This document shows, one piece after another, positions 39,403 through 51,610 of a DNA stretch of 64,000 nt. The translations under genes were made by a program, and so were the position numbers. The notes below the pieces were generated by a model. That model saw nothing but the letters and a program-made list of their open reading frames with translations, was not told where the DNA came from and ran no database searches. Position 1 is the stretch's first letter. Every line of letters starts with the position of its first letter. Source of the stretch: Camelus dromedarius (taxonomy: Eukaryota); NCBI RefSeq assembly GCF_036321535.1, contig NC_087437.1:90832001-90896000 (forward strand), given 5' to 3'.

Positions 39403-41487
39403 TTTTTAATTGATAGAATTTATTTTTGAGCGCTTTCAGATTTACGGAGATATTATGTGGAGAGTAAAGAGAGTTCTCATATAGCCTCTTCTTTCTGTCC
39501 CAACTTTTTGCTCTTTATTAACATCTTATTTTAGTGTAACACATTTGTGACAATTGAGAAGCCAATACTGATACATTATTATTAATTAAAGTCCATAGGT
39601 TAAGTTATAACGCTCTGTGTTATAACTTCTGTTGGCTTTGACAAATGTATAATGACATGTATTTACTATTGCAGTATAAGACAGAATAGTTTTATTGTCT
39701 TAAAATCCCTATGTTTCACCCATTCATCCCTTCTTCCCTCCCTCTGGAGCTCTGGAAACTACGGATTATTTTACAACTATCTCCATAATTTTGCTTCCCT
39801 CAGAATGGTATATAGTTGGAATAATATTGTCAGTAGCCATTTCAGGTTGACATAATTCAGCTAGCAACATGCATATAAGGTTCTTCCATGTTGTCTAATG
39901 CCTTTGTAACTCATTTATTTTTCATACTGAATAATGAACCAGTTTATTTGTCTGTTCACCTTATGAAGGACATTTTGGTTGCTTTCAGGTTTTGGCAATT
40001 ATGAATAAACTTTCTTTAAACATGCATGTGCAGATTTTTGTGTGGGCATACATTTTCAACTCTTTGAGGTTAATATCACAAAGAACACAAATGCTGGATC
40101 ATATGGTAAGAGTATGTTTAGTTTTCTAAGAAATTGAAAAATTATCTTCCAAAGTGAAAATTGTCTCCCAAACTTCCACTCAACAGGTATGAGTGGGAGT
40201 TCCTTTTGCTCCACATCCTTGCCAGCATTTGGCAGTGTCAGTGTTTCAGATACTAGACATTCTAGGAGTGTGAAGTAGTATCCCATTGTTGTCTTAATTT
40301 GCCTTTTCCTGATGACGTATGATGTTGAGGATCTTTTCATGTGCTTATTTGCTATCTGTATATCTTCTTTCTTGAGATATCTGTTAAGGTCTTTGGTCCA
40401 TTTTTTAATCAGATTTTTTTGTCTTCTTGTTGAGTTTTGAAAGTTCTTTATTTTGGATAGCAGTTCTTTATTGGATGTGTCTTTTGCAAAGAGTTTGTGG
40501 CTTGTCTTTTCATTCTCTTGACACTTTCTCATAGAGTAGAAATTTTTAATTTTAATGAAGTCCAGCTTACCAATTATTTCTTTCGTGGATTGTGCCTACA
40601 TTGTTGAATCTAAGAAGTCATAATCATGCTCAAAGTCATTTAGGTTTTCTTCTATGTTATATCCTATGAGTTTTATAGTTTTGCATTTTATATTTATGTT
40701 TGCGATCCATTTTACATACATACAAAGTATGTAAAATTTGTGTCCAGCTTCATTCTTTTGCATGTGGATTACCAGCACTGTTGGTTCTAGCACTGTTTGT
40801 TGAAAAGAGTATTTCTGCTCCACTGTATTGCTTTTGTCCTTTTTCAAGGATCCATTAACTATATTTATTTATGTGAGGTCTGTTCTGAGCTCTCTATTCT
40901 GTTTCACTGATCTGTGTGTCTATTCTTTCACCAATACCACACTGTTTTAATGCTTTTGCTGTATAGTAAGTCTTCAATTCATGTAGTCTTCCAAATTTGT
41001 TCTCTTCCTTTAATATTATGTTGGCTTTTCTATGGTTTTAGCCTCTCCATATAAATTTTAGAATCAGTTTCAAAATAACTTACTGGGATTTTATTTGGAA
41101 TTTCATTGAATCTATAGATCAAGTTGAGAAGAATTGACATCTGGACTGTGTTGAGTCTTCCTATCCATAAACATAGGATATATCTCCATTTATTTAGTTC
41201 TTCAATTTCATTCATCAGAATTTTGTTGTTTTCATCGTATAGATTCTGTACACATTTTGTTAGATTTATTCTTAAGTATTTAATTTTGTAAGTGCTAACG
41301 TAAATGGTAATGAATTTATAATATCAAATTTCACTTATTCATTGCTATTATATAAGAAAGCAATTGACTTTTATACTAACCCTGTTTTCTGTAATCTTGC
41401 TATAATCGTTTATTAGTTCCAGTTGTTTTTTTTTTACAGATTCTTTCAGATTTTCTACTTAGACAGTCATGTAGTCTGTAAACAAAG
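39403..41487 (-). mobile_element. L1MC-like element, 3' UTR + ORF2 C-terminal region
   Basis: L1MC-type 3' end (ttcagatttacggaga..., caatactgatacattattattaattaaagtcca). ORF 40056-40532(-) has KKWTKDLNR..KEDIQIANKHMKR. Confidence 0.9.
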
Positions 41488-41494
41488 CCCTGAG

Positions 41495-43720
41495 TTTGCT
41501 CTAGGCTATCTTTTAGAAATTTTATACTTTTGGATTTTGTATTTAGGTTGATAATATATTTTGAGTTATAATTTATATATTATGTGTCCAGATGCATTGT
41601 TTAATATGGACATCCAAATATTCAAATTTCATTTGTTTAAACGACTGTCCTTTCTCTATTGATTTTTTTTTCACCAATACCATGCTGTCTTGTTTTTTTT
41701 TTTTTTTTTAATTTTATTTACTTTTTTTTTTTTAATGGAGATACTGGAGATTGAACCCAGGACCTTGTGTGTGCTAAGCATGAGCTCTACCACTTAAGCT
41801 ATACCCATCCCCCATGCTATCTTGAATATTGTACCTTTATAGTAAGTATTAAAGTCAAGTAGCATCAATTCTTCAACTTTTTCTTTTTCAATATTGTATT
41901 TGCTCTTATGGATCTTTTACCTTCTGTATAAACTTTAGAATCCATTTGTTAATATTTACAAAAATAACTTGCTAGGATCTTGTATGGATCGTGTAGAATT
42001 TATAGGTCAAGTTGGGAATAATGGACATTCTAACAATATTAAGTGTTTTAATTCATGAACATGACATATCATCATTTGTTTAAGTTGTCTTTGACTCTTT
42101 TCATCAGAGCTTTGTACATTTTCAATATTGATCCTGAACATATTTTGTTAGATACTCACCTAATATTTCCTTCTTTGAGTATTATTATAAGTGGTATGAT
42201 GATTTTAATTTTAAGTTCCTACTGTTCATTGCTACTGTATAACAAAGCAACTATATTATTGTATATTAACCTTGTATCCTGCAACCTTCTATAATCACTT
42301 GTTATTTCCAAGATGTTTTTTCACTTCTTTGAAGTTTCCTAGATGACTTAGTTATCATCGGCAAAGATTGTTCTAATTCTTCTTTCCCAATCTTATACCT
42401 GTATTTTCTATTTATTTTGTGTATTGCACTAACTATGTCTTCTAGTACCATATTGAATAAGAGTGCATTGTTTTCTTGTTCCCAACATAGAAGAAAAGCA
42501 TTCAGTTTCTCACCATTAAATAGGAGGCTAGGTGTAGATTTTGTAGACATTCTTTTTCAGGTTAAAGAAGGTTACTTCTATTTCTAATTCTCTGAGAGTT
42601 TTTACCAAGTATGGGTGTTGAGTTTTGTCAGTTATTTTCTCTGAGTTAATTGACATGATCACATGAGTTTTCTTCTCTAATCAGTGGTACGGATTAAATT
42701 AATTGCCTTGTCAATGTTGAACCAGTCTTGCATATCTTGAATAATCTTACTTGGCCATGGTGTATAATTTGTATACATTATTGGATTTTATTTGCTAATA
42801 ATTTACTGAGAATTTTGCAAGAATGTTCATGAAATATATTGGTCTATAGTTTTCCTTACTAGTAATGTCTTTATTTGATTTGAGTATTAGGATAATGTTG
42901 ATCTTATGGAATAAGCCAAGGAGTGTTCCTTCTATGTCTATATTCTGGAAGAGATTCTAAAGAATTGACATAATTTATTCCTTAAATGTTTGGTAGAATT
43001 CACTAGTAATACTATTTGGGCCTGATGCTTTCTCTTTGGGGATTTTACTATCAATTTAATTTTTAAAATAGATACAGGCATATTTATATTACTTATTTCT
43101 CCTGTGTGTGTTTAGGTAGTTTAGGTCTTTCAAGTTATTGGTTTATTTCACCTAAGCTATGAAATCTGTGATCTTAAGATTGTCCATAGCATTCTTTATT
43201 CTCATATTAAAGTCCATGGGATCTATACTAATGATCCCTATTTCATTTCTGCTATTAGTAATTTGTGTTTTCACTGATACTCTTTGTTATTTGGCTGAGA
43301 TTTATCAGTTTTATTGATCTTTTCAAAAATAAATTGTTGGTTTCATTAATTTTCTCTGTTATTTTCTGTTTTCAATTTTATTGATTTCTGCTCTCATTTT
43401 TATCATTTCTTTTCCTTTCCTTATTTGAAGATTATGTTGCTCTTTGTCTAGTTTCCTAAGGTATTGATTTTAGGTTGCTCTTCTTTTCTAACATATGTAT
43501 TTAATATTATAAATTTTACTCTAAGCATGGTATCCAACAAATTTTGATAATTTATGTTTTCATTTTCCCTTATCAAAAATGTATTCTAACTTCTACTGAG
43601 ACTTTTTCTTTAATCCATTTATTATTTAGAAATGTGTAATTTAATCTCCAAATATTTGGGCAATTTTCAGCCATTTTAAATCAATACTGACTTCAATTTT
43701 AATTCCATTATAATCTAAGT
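41495..43720 (-). mobile_element. Second old L1M ORF2 segment (RT to endonuclease direction)
   Basis: Antisense ORF2. ORF 42302-42550(-) NGEKLNAFLL...LLFNMVLE. Its first ~850 bp cover the same ORF2 interval as 40650-41487. Confidence 0.85.
41693..41811 (-). mobile_element. tRNA-Ala(AGC)-derived SINE, camelid Vic-1 type
   Basis: Minus strand reads ggatgggtatagcttaagtggtagagctcatgcttagcacacacaaggtcctgggttcaatctccagtatctcc plus an A-rich tail, with A and B boxes. 13-bp TSD ccatgct(g/a)tcttg at 41680-41692 and 41812-41824. Confidence 0.92.
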
Positions 43721-44535
43721 ACTATTAGAATGAGAAACCTGGGAACTACTACATTGGGTATCCCTGCATTTTCATAGGTTTTATTTCCAGGATTCCTACT
43801 AGGTTCTCATGGTGAAGAGCCAAGAGATATCTTTTTGTTTTTCTAGCAGGGAGTTGAGGAAAATTGGAAGTTACTGATCATGTTATCTTCCTACAGGGAG
43901 CATTTCTTTTGCTTCTTGTAGGAAAGAAATACAAGAGCAGAGTGACTTAGTCAAATCAGTGATTGAGCCAGTTTGAATCTCTGTTTAGTCTTTGTTTGAA
44001 CTGGCTTATTTCAGGTTGTGGCTTACTCCTACAGCATATAGCCTTGGAAAGTTCTACCAAAAATCTTGGGCATTTACCAGTTCTATTTCTCATTTGTGCA
44101 CAAGAAGCTACCAAACTCTTCATCTATCCTTGAGTGAAGGGAAGATTTATTTACACTCTCAGTTTCTTAAGACCTCTTTTGACTTGGCAAAGTTTCAAAG
44201 AAAAAAGTGTTGCCAAATGCTTTGTTTACTCTCTGGGCTTTTTCTCTGAAGGATCTTGAGCTGTCGAGTACTTGCTGCTTTTAAGCTCCTCTGTCTTCTA
44301 ACACATTTTTTTTTTTATACATTATGCAACTTTTTTACTTTGTAGGAAGATTGGTCTGAAAAAAGCTATTATACTTTTACCAGAAGGGAAAGCATAAGAT
44401 GAATCTTAAAAGGTTCCCACATAATTTTCCAATGTAATTTTTAATGTGCTAGATTTCTGAGTCACTTGTCTACTTGAGGGATATGATATTAATACAGACT
44501 GCATATTATTTTTACTCTAAAAATATTTTAATGTT

Positions 44536-44910
44536 TGTCTTAATCTGCTTGGGTTATAGACTTGATGGCTTATACAGAAACATCCAATTCTTACAGTTCT
44601 GGAGACTGGAAGTCCAAAGTCAAGGTGCCGACTTATTTGGTTCTTAGAGAGGACCTATTTTCTGGCTTGCATATGGTGATCTTTTTCCTGTTTACTCTTA
44701 TGGTCTTTCCTCAGTGTGTAGAACTGGAGAGAAAAAGAGCTACCCTGTTTCTTCTTCTTTTAAAGCACTAATTTTCTCATGAGGCCACCACCTCCACAAT
44801 TTCATTAAACCTAAATAACTCCTAAGGCCCACACCTCTAAATATTATCATTTTGGGGGTTAGAATTTCAATATATAAATTTGGGGGGACAAAAACATTTA
44901 GCCCATAACA
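44536..44910 (-). mobile_element. MLT1A MaLR solo LTR
   Basis: TG...CA ends, cagttctggagactggaagtccaaagtcaaggtgcc motif, and a perfect 5-bp TSD atgtt (44531-44535, 44911-44915). Confidence 0.93.
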
Positions 44911-44915
44911 ATGTT

Positions 44916-45140
44916 TATTTAGTAATTTCTTTAAAAATTTTAACTGAGTACCTAGCCCATGCCAGGTACAATTTATATTACAAAGGATACAATGGTTAGC
45001 CAGATACAAACATACAGACATATGTAACATATATAGATGCAGTGGAGGTGTGGAGTTTAATGGAAGCTGTTATGCACTGTCCCATAGAGAAAATATAATA
45101 GCTGACAATAAAAACTGACAGTGTTCTATGTGGGAGAAAT
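44916..45140 (-). mobile_element. L2 relic
   Basis: tttaactgagtacctagcccatgccaggtaca...tacaatggttagccagataca. Confidence 0.5.
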
Positions 45141-45167
45141 GAGGCTAAGTAGTAGGGGACAATAAAG

Positions 45168-45203
<36 letters not shown>

Positions 45204-45226
45204 TATATGTATATATCTATATATAT
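45168..45226. repeat. (TA)n/(CA)n compound microsatellite
   Basis: Visible dinucleotide runs. Confidence 0.9.
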
Positions 45227-45673
45227 TTTACAGTGACATGAATATGAGTTTTGGAAATTGACACACAAAAAAAGAATAAGCCTTTCTATTGTAGTTAGTG
45301 TTTTTTTCACCTCTTTGGCTTACTGATGGGGCAAGATAACACCAGAAGTGCTTTGTTTCAGGTGAGATCAACAAGATAAGTCTCTAGAAGAATCAGATTA
45401 CACTTTGTTTGTTCAAGACAATGCTGAATTTCAGTTTCAAGACCATACCAACTGAACTTAAACTTTGATAATATGATTTATCTTTTAAATTAAGTAGACA
45501 TGTGAGCTCATGACATAGCAAATAAGAAAATACATTTTTTTTTATTACTGATGCCTACTTTCTAACAGGTGTGACCTCAAAAGAGAATTTGCCCAAATAT
45601 TAAACTCCCTCCCTCACAAAATAATGCTACAACGTTCAAATCTTTATAAAAATAATTTTGTGGAATTGGATAG

Positions 45674-46233
45674 TATTGACCTAAAACAAGTAAACTGCCA
45701 GATGTTTCTCCAGCAAAGATGGGTTTATTTGAAATCAGCAGAGATTTTTAATTCAGGGTCAACATCTATGGTGAGTTATGTGCAAGACCCCCTCATGACA
45801 AGAGAAAGAGAACAGCTTTTATAGAGAGGAAAAAGAAGTTGGGAGGTCCATAGTAAACAAAGAGGCCATGGCTTTTCGTTGTCTGAGTCCTTGCTAGGAA
45901 AGGAGCCTTGCTTTTTCTTGTTGGTTCTGCTGTGGTCACAGGGCATGAGAGCTCCCTCTTCTGGCCTTCAAACTCTATTTAGTTGAGGTTTCTGTTTTAT
46001 TTTATTTTATTTTATCCAAAAGTATTGACACAGATGAAATGTATAGCTAGAGTGGATTTTTATATACCAAATGTGCTTTGTTCAAAATACCTCAACAGTG
46101 CATCAAAGCATCACTTTTTTTTTTTTCAATTGGTAGGTGGCAGGTTTTTGTTTTTGTTTTTTTCTTTTTTTTTGAAGTGTAGTTGATTTACAGTGTTGTG
46201 TTAGTTTCAGGTATAAGCAAAGTGATTCAGTTT

Positions 46234-46272
<39 letters not shown>

Positions 46273-46390
46273 TTTCAGATTTTTTCCATTATAAGTTGTC
46301 ACAAGATAATGAATATTATTCCCTATGTTATACAGTAGGTTCTTGTTTGTTTTATATATAGTAGTGTATATGTGTTTATTAATTTTTACA
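45674..46390 (-). mobile_element. ERV1-class solo LTR interrupted near one end by an L1 insertion
   Basis: LTR body 45674-45994 (antisense polyA gtttatt, TATA cttttataga). Terminal piece gtttattaatttttaca at 46374-46390. Flanks atag/ttag fit a 4-bp TSD with 1 mismatch. Confidence 0.72.
46145..46372 (-). mobile_element. Short L1 3' end (with downstream transduced DNA 45995-46144)
   Basis: T-rich tail then gaagtgtagttgatttacagtgttgtgttagtttcagg. Internal (TA)n. Confidence 0.9.
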
Positions 46391-48999
46391 TTAGTCATGA
46401 ACAGCTAACAAACATTATTAGATTTGGACATAGTTGAGGTTAAGTGCTTGTTGCCAATCATATAACAAAAAACAAAGGAAGAATTTATTTGTAAAGAGAT
46501 TTTCTAGCTGAATCCAGGAAACTAACACACTTGCAGCAGGAGGTATATGGAGTGAAAGTAGAAATAATGGGCGAGGATAAACCAAAAACCCTTCTATTAC
46601 TCTGTTGGTGCCTTGAACCAGGTATATTTTGTAAGAATATCCAGCATCAGTTTTCTTTTATTATGTATAATATGTTATGTAAAGTGAAGTTTTATTATCT
46701 TATTCTTCCAAGATACAGGCAGAGAAGGGAGTGTAAAACCACAGTTAAATGTTGGTCGTCACAAAAAATACAAAGAGAAGCAAAACAAAATTGCTCAGCA
46801 GGGCTGGCATTGCCCTAATATACTTAGTGGAATTTTCATTTCTCAAGAGACTTAGGTAGAACAAACACTTGTAACGATCAAGAAGCAAGAAATAAAATCG
46901 AGAGAAGAGGAAACAGTATATAGAAAGCTAACCTCAACTCATCCCTTTAATTTGAAGAGACAACAGCTAGTGTCTTCAATAGACTTAGTTGTCCACAAAA
47001 ACAATAAACATTTTTTTCCCCATGGTCCACCGCACAGACCCGCAGCCAAGTGTCCTATGATCTAGAAAAGTACAACTCTGTAGAAAATATGAACTTTACC
47101 CTTATAGTTGAGAGGAAAACATTTGAAGAGCATTTCACATTATCCCTGATAATACCTAATACCAGAAGAGTAATCTTGTCCTCTTTAAAAAGCAGAAAAA
47201 ATAGGAGGGAGGACAACAGCAGAGAGACTTTCAAAAAGATTTAGTTTTATAGGAATCATTTTGAAAATACAAGACTACATTCTGAAGTAAAATTTTTGAG
47301 TAAAGAGTTATGAAGCCTATTTAATAAAGCATAAAACTGTTTTGGACATTTAATCAATTAGCTCAGGAACATTTTTTTAGGCTTCTGAGGAAAATGAAAA
47401 TAATGATCACTGAGCATATATAACTATTTTATGTAAAAGAGAAAAGAGATCCCATATTTCTCTAATAGGAAATACTGGTAACACTAGTTGAGAAGAAGAA
47501 AAAATAAGAGTAGATAAAAATATTTAAACTAAAATTGAATTTAAAATTAGAACTAGCATTCAAATTAGAATTTGAATTTTTCTAATTTGAATGGCATTTC
47601 AAATTATACATAGATTTCAAATTAGAATACTCAAAATAGCATTTCAAATCACTAATTTTAAAAAAAATAGCAAATCAGTTGAATTACATTTGAGTTTATG
47701 GTTCAGTTACCTATATAGCCAAAAGTATAAGCTTGCTACATTGTTCATAGGATATTTATTAATGATGATATGTCATATATGCAATTACCTTGCTACTGTG
47801 CAATTATGAGCTCTTCATGGGTATCTACAATCAGTTTTCTCTTACATCATAGGGAACCAAGTCCAGATGGCTAAGGGCCATCATACAATGCTAAAGTTAA
47901 GATGCTCAGTCCCAGTTATGCTATTAGAAGAATTTCAGTTACAAGAAAATCAACATATGCATGGTATTCTATAGCCTCATACGGTTTCACTCACCTAGGA
48001 TAAAGATGTAAATGAGTAGAGAATATCATTCATCACTTAAGTTTGAAGTACTCTAGTAGTTAGCCTGCCACTAAGGACATGTTTCAGAACATATGTAATC
48101 AGTATTTTCTGCCAGACATACCATAGGCACTGAAATTGCAATACTAAACAAGAAAACAGTGTTACTATCCTCAAGAAGCTTTTTGGTAAAGGATAAAAAG
48201 TGGTAGGGAGAAAACAAGGCTAGAGTAGTAGGGAGAAAAACAAGAGAATATGACATTCTGTAATCCAAGATTACCAATTAAATTACCAATCTAAAACTGC
48301 ATACTCATTCTATGCCAGGAAAGTTTGAATAGGGTGATGATAGAGATGTACACCAGATTTAGCCAGGTGAAAGCTATACCAAACAAGCTGAGTAACTTTG
48401 TTACATAACCTCTACTGCATATATAAGTCTATGATTTTCTGGGGGCTAATTATTTCCTACCTCTTGGCTAAAAATAGAACAAGATTTATGAATTTTCTGG
48501 TAAGTCTTATGAAATAAAAATTCCTTCTGCAATTTCTAGTTTAAAAAACTGCTTTATTTCAGTAATTAATATATCTATTCCAATATATTAAAACAATAAA
48601 TTCCAAATTTCACCTGAACTATTGTTTTCCCTTTCTATAGCTAGAGTCTGAATTGGATAGGCAAACTCTAGATATACATTCAGGGCATGTTGTCAACTTC
48701 TTTTGTATTTCTCTGCCAAGAATTGTTTCTTCTCCTTCAGTACTCACTATGCTATCTCAGCTTCCCTGGAGACTAAAAAGAAAAAATAGCAAATCCAAAA
48801 TCACTGTTAAATTTTTTAAACATAACTCTTTTAGTAACTTGTAATAGAAATATAAAGAATCAAATCAGTTAGGGATATATATATATACACACACACACAT
48901 ATATATATGATATTAAAATATTGACATAAATTATGTATTGACCACTTTATTTAATAACTGCATAATATACATTCTTTTTAATTGTCCATGGATTATCAA

Positions 49000-49320
49000 T
49001 AATGATCTTATTATTGGCCCTAGAGCCAAACTGATCAAAATATCAGTTAGTGGGAATAGTACAGAATGTTTCTTATCAAAGTAGATTTTATTAAAATCCA
49101 ATAACAAAATTATAGGTAGAAAGTGTCCATGTTTAAATATTAAACAATATGCTTCTAAATAATCCACAGGATGTGTAAAAGAAGAAATTATAGTGGAAAT
49201 TAGAATATATATATATATATATATATATAGAACTGAATAATAAAAATATGCCATATCTAAACATTTGGAATTCAGCTAAAGCCATAATTACAGGATGTTT
49301 ATTGTTTTAAATGCTTTATA
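49000..49320 (+). mobile_element. Old L1M ORF2 fragment
   Basis: aaattaaacaatatgcttctaaataatcca-like and ccatatctaaacatttggaattcagctaaagc motifs. Confidence 0.6.
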
Positions 49321-50689
49321 TAAATTTATAGTTTTATATAGTTTATAATTTTAAATGCTATAGTTTTAAATTCTTATAGTTTTTCAAATTTCTATATTAA
49401 AAAAGAATATTGATGTTGATAAACTTTAAGACAATAAGATATGTATTTTTAAGTGAGAGTCATAAAAATAATAATAATCAGGTTAGATAACTACCAATTA
49501 ATTAGAGAAAAGCAAAAAGGATAAAAGAGAAACCAGAGCAATACAGCAATATTTCAGGAAACAAACAAAAAGAATATAGTGAAAATACTGAAAATCTAAA
49601 TAGTAAAACAGTATGAAAGAATTAACATGGAGCTATAACATTCATGAATAATACTGGCTTTGTCTCATTTTAAAATATATAAACTGGCACGAAAGTCCAT
49701 TATCGAATTATACTTCTGATTAGAATGCTATGTCCCTTCCCTCTGCTTTATGAAAATCTAATCCTTGATTAAATACTTCTTCTCTATTTTCCTGGTAACA
49801 TGATTAGATGTCATATGTCAAAAATATTACTAAGCAACATTGCTTATAATATAAATAATCCCTAATCATAAATCACATCTAGTCTGGGAGGATCTGTAAA
49901 TGAAATATAAATACCTCATGAAATGGCATACACTCTATTCTTATAAATAGCATATAACTTGTAGAGACACTGAAAGTTAGATTCGTAGATTTATTACAAG
50001 AGATACTGACTTCTGTGGAGCGCAAGACTTTTCGATCAGTGACATTTAAGTCAAGGAACCCTTGTGCTTGCATGTGGATATCTGCATTTGAGCTGCTTCA
50101 AGGACTCTTGCTGTTGAAATAAGATCTCTTAACAATGTCCTGTTAGAATGCTGTTTTTCCTGCCAATATCCTTCTAAGTAAAGTGGTTGAATGTGTGGCT
50201 GATGGTAGAGTTGTGAGTCTGAATGTTTAGGAAAAACAGGAAGAATCTGTGTGTATCTTTCAGATGAAGAAGCTTGTGACTGATTAGTACTCTTAATAAC
50301 TAGAAAAGCTAGAAATATAAAACTGCATATTCTTCAGGGCAGGCATCATAGAGCTACTACAGCAATTATTATTATAAGGATGATGATTCTGGAGAGGTGG
50401 GGAACACAGGAATATAAACAGATAGTTGAAAGCTGCATTTTTCTCTGAAGCATTTTTTGATTCAGGAACCAAAACAAGGCACTAAAAATCTGGGCTTTCC
50501 TCAGGCAGAGGTTATCTCTTGGGGGACAGAGAAACAAGCAGTATTTTTTGGTGGTATTTTAGAATGGAAGGGAAAAATTATAATGATGTAATGGTCTTCA
50601 GACCCAAAACCAATTTCTCAAGACACTTAAAATTATGAACATGAGTGAATAGGAGGCTAACTATAGTAAAGATGTATAAACCCTATGCA

Positions 50690-51550
50690 ATATTAATTAA
50701 AAGAAAGTCATACCTAAGGCTATAATACCTATAAAAGAATTGTTCTGTCAAAGCAAAAACGAACAAACAAACAAACAAAAACCTTAAAAGAAGCCAGACC
50801 CACCCCCAAAAAGAAAAGAAAGAAAGAAAGAAAAAGACACATTCCTGTTCAAGGAGCAACAATTGGATTTAAAGATGATTCTTAATGTAATCTATGGAAA
50901 TCACAGTAAATGGAATACCTTCATCAGAGAGCTGAAATCAAATAAGTGAATGTGTCATTCAACAATGAAAGGAAGTAAAGGTATTTTTAGAGAAGAAGGA
51001 ATGAGGGAATTTACCATTAACAAGCACATACTAAATGAAATACTAAATACGAAGTTTTTCAAGCAAAGAAGGAATGAAACTACAGAGCAAATATTACTAT
51101 AATTATAAATAAAAATTCATCAGTAAAATAAAAATAACAGTGACCTGTGAGGGTTGAAGAATATATAGAATTAAAAACCACAAGATGGAAGGAAAAAAGT
51201 TAAGAACTGGTAAATAAGTTTAAAATGTTCCAAGGTTCTAGAATGGTGAAAATGACCGTTTGTATGAAATAATTCAAGGATGCAATTTGTAATCTAATTC
51301 AAGGATGCAATTTGTAATCTCTAAGATAACCATGAGTAAAAAGTAAAAATGGAAATATAAAATTTAGTATAGAGAAAAATAAATAATTGTAAAATACACA
51401 ATTAATCATAAAAAGGCAAGTCCTCAGAAAAACAGTAATAACAGTAGATCAAATATAGCACAAATAGCAATATTGTGAAAATGAACCCAGTTGTATCAAC
51501 AGTCATATTAACTGTAAATTAACCACACATGCAATTAAAATACTAAGATT
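50690..51550 (+). mobile_element. Old L1M/HAL1-like ORF1 to inter-ORF relic
   Basis: aaccttaaaagaagccaga, ttcaaggagcaacaatt, gagggaatttaccattaacaagc and the ORF2-start-like atattaactgtaaatt. Highly diverged. Confidence 0.55.
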
Positions 51551-51610
51551 TTCTTGTGGCTACTCCCCCTTGTCTTTCTTTTCCTCTGAATAATAATAGC
51601 AATAATTATT

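Noticed and set aside
41737..41811. tRNA-Ala gene
   Set aside because: The stems are mismatched, and the A-rich tail and TSD identify it as a SINE.
49958..50122. CpG-containing open frame VETLKVRFVDLLQEILTSVERKTF...
   Set aside because: Weak acceptor, no recognisable protein and no neighbouring exons.
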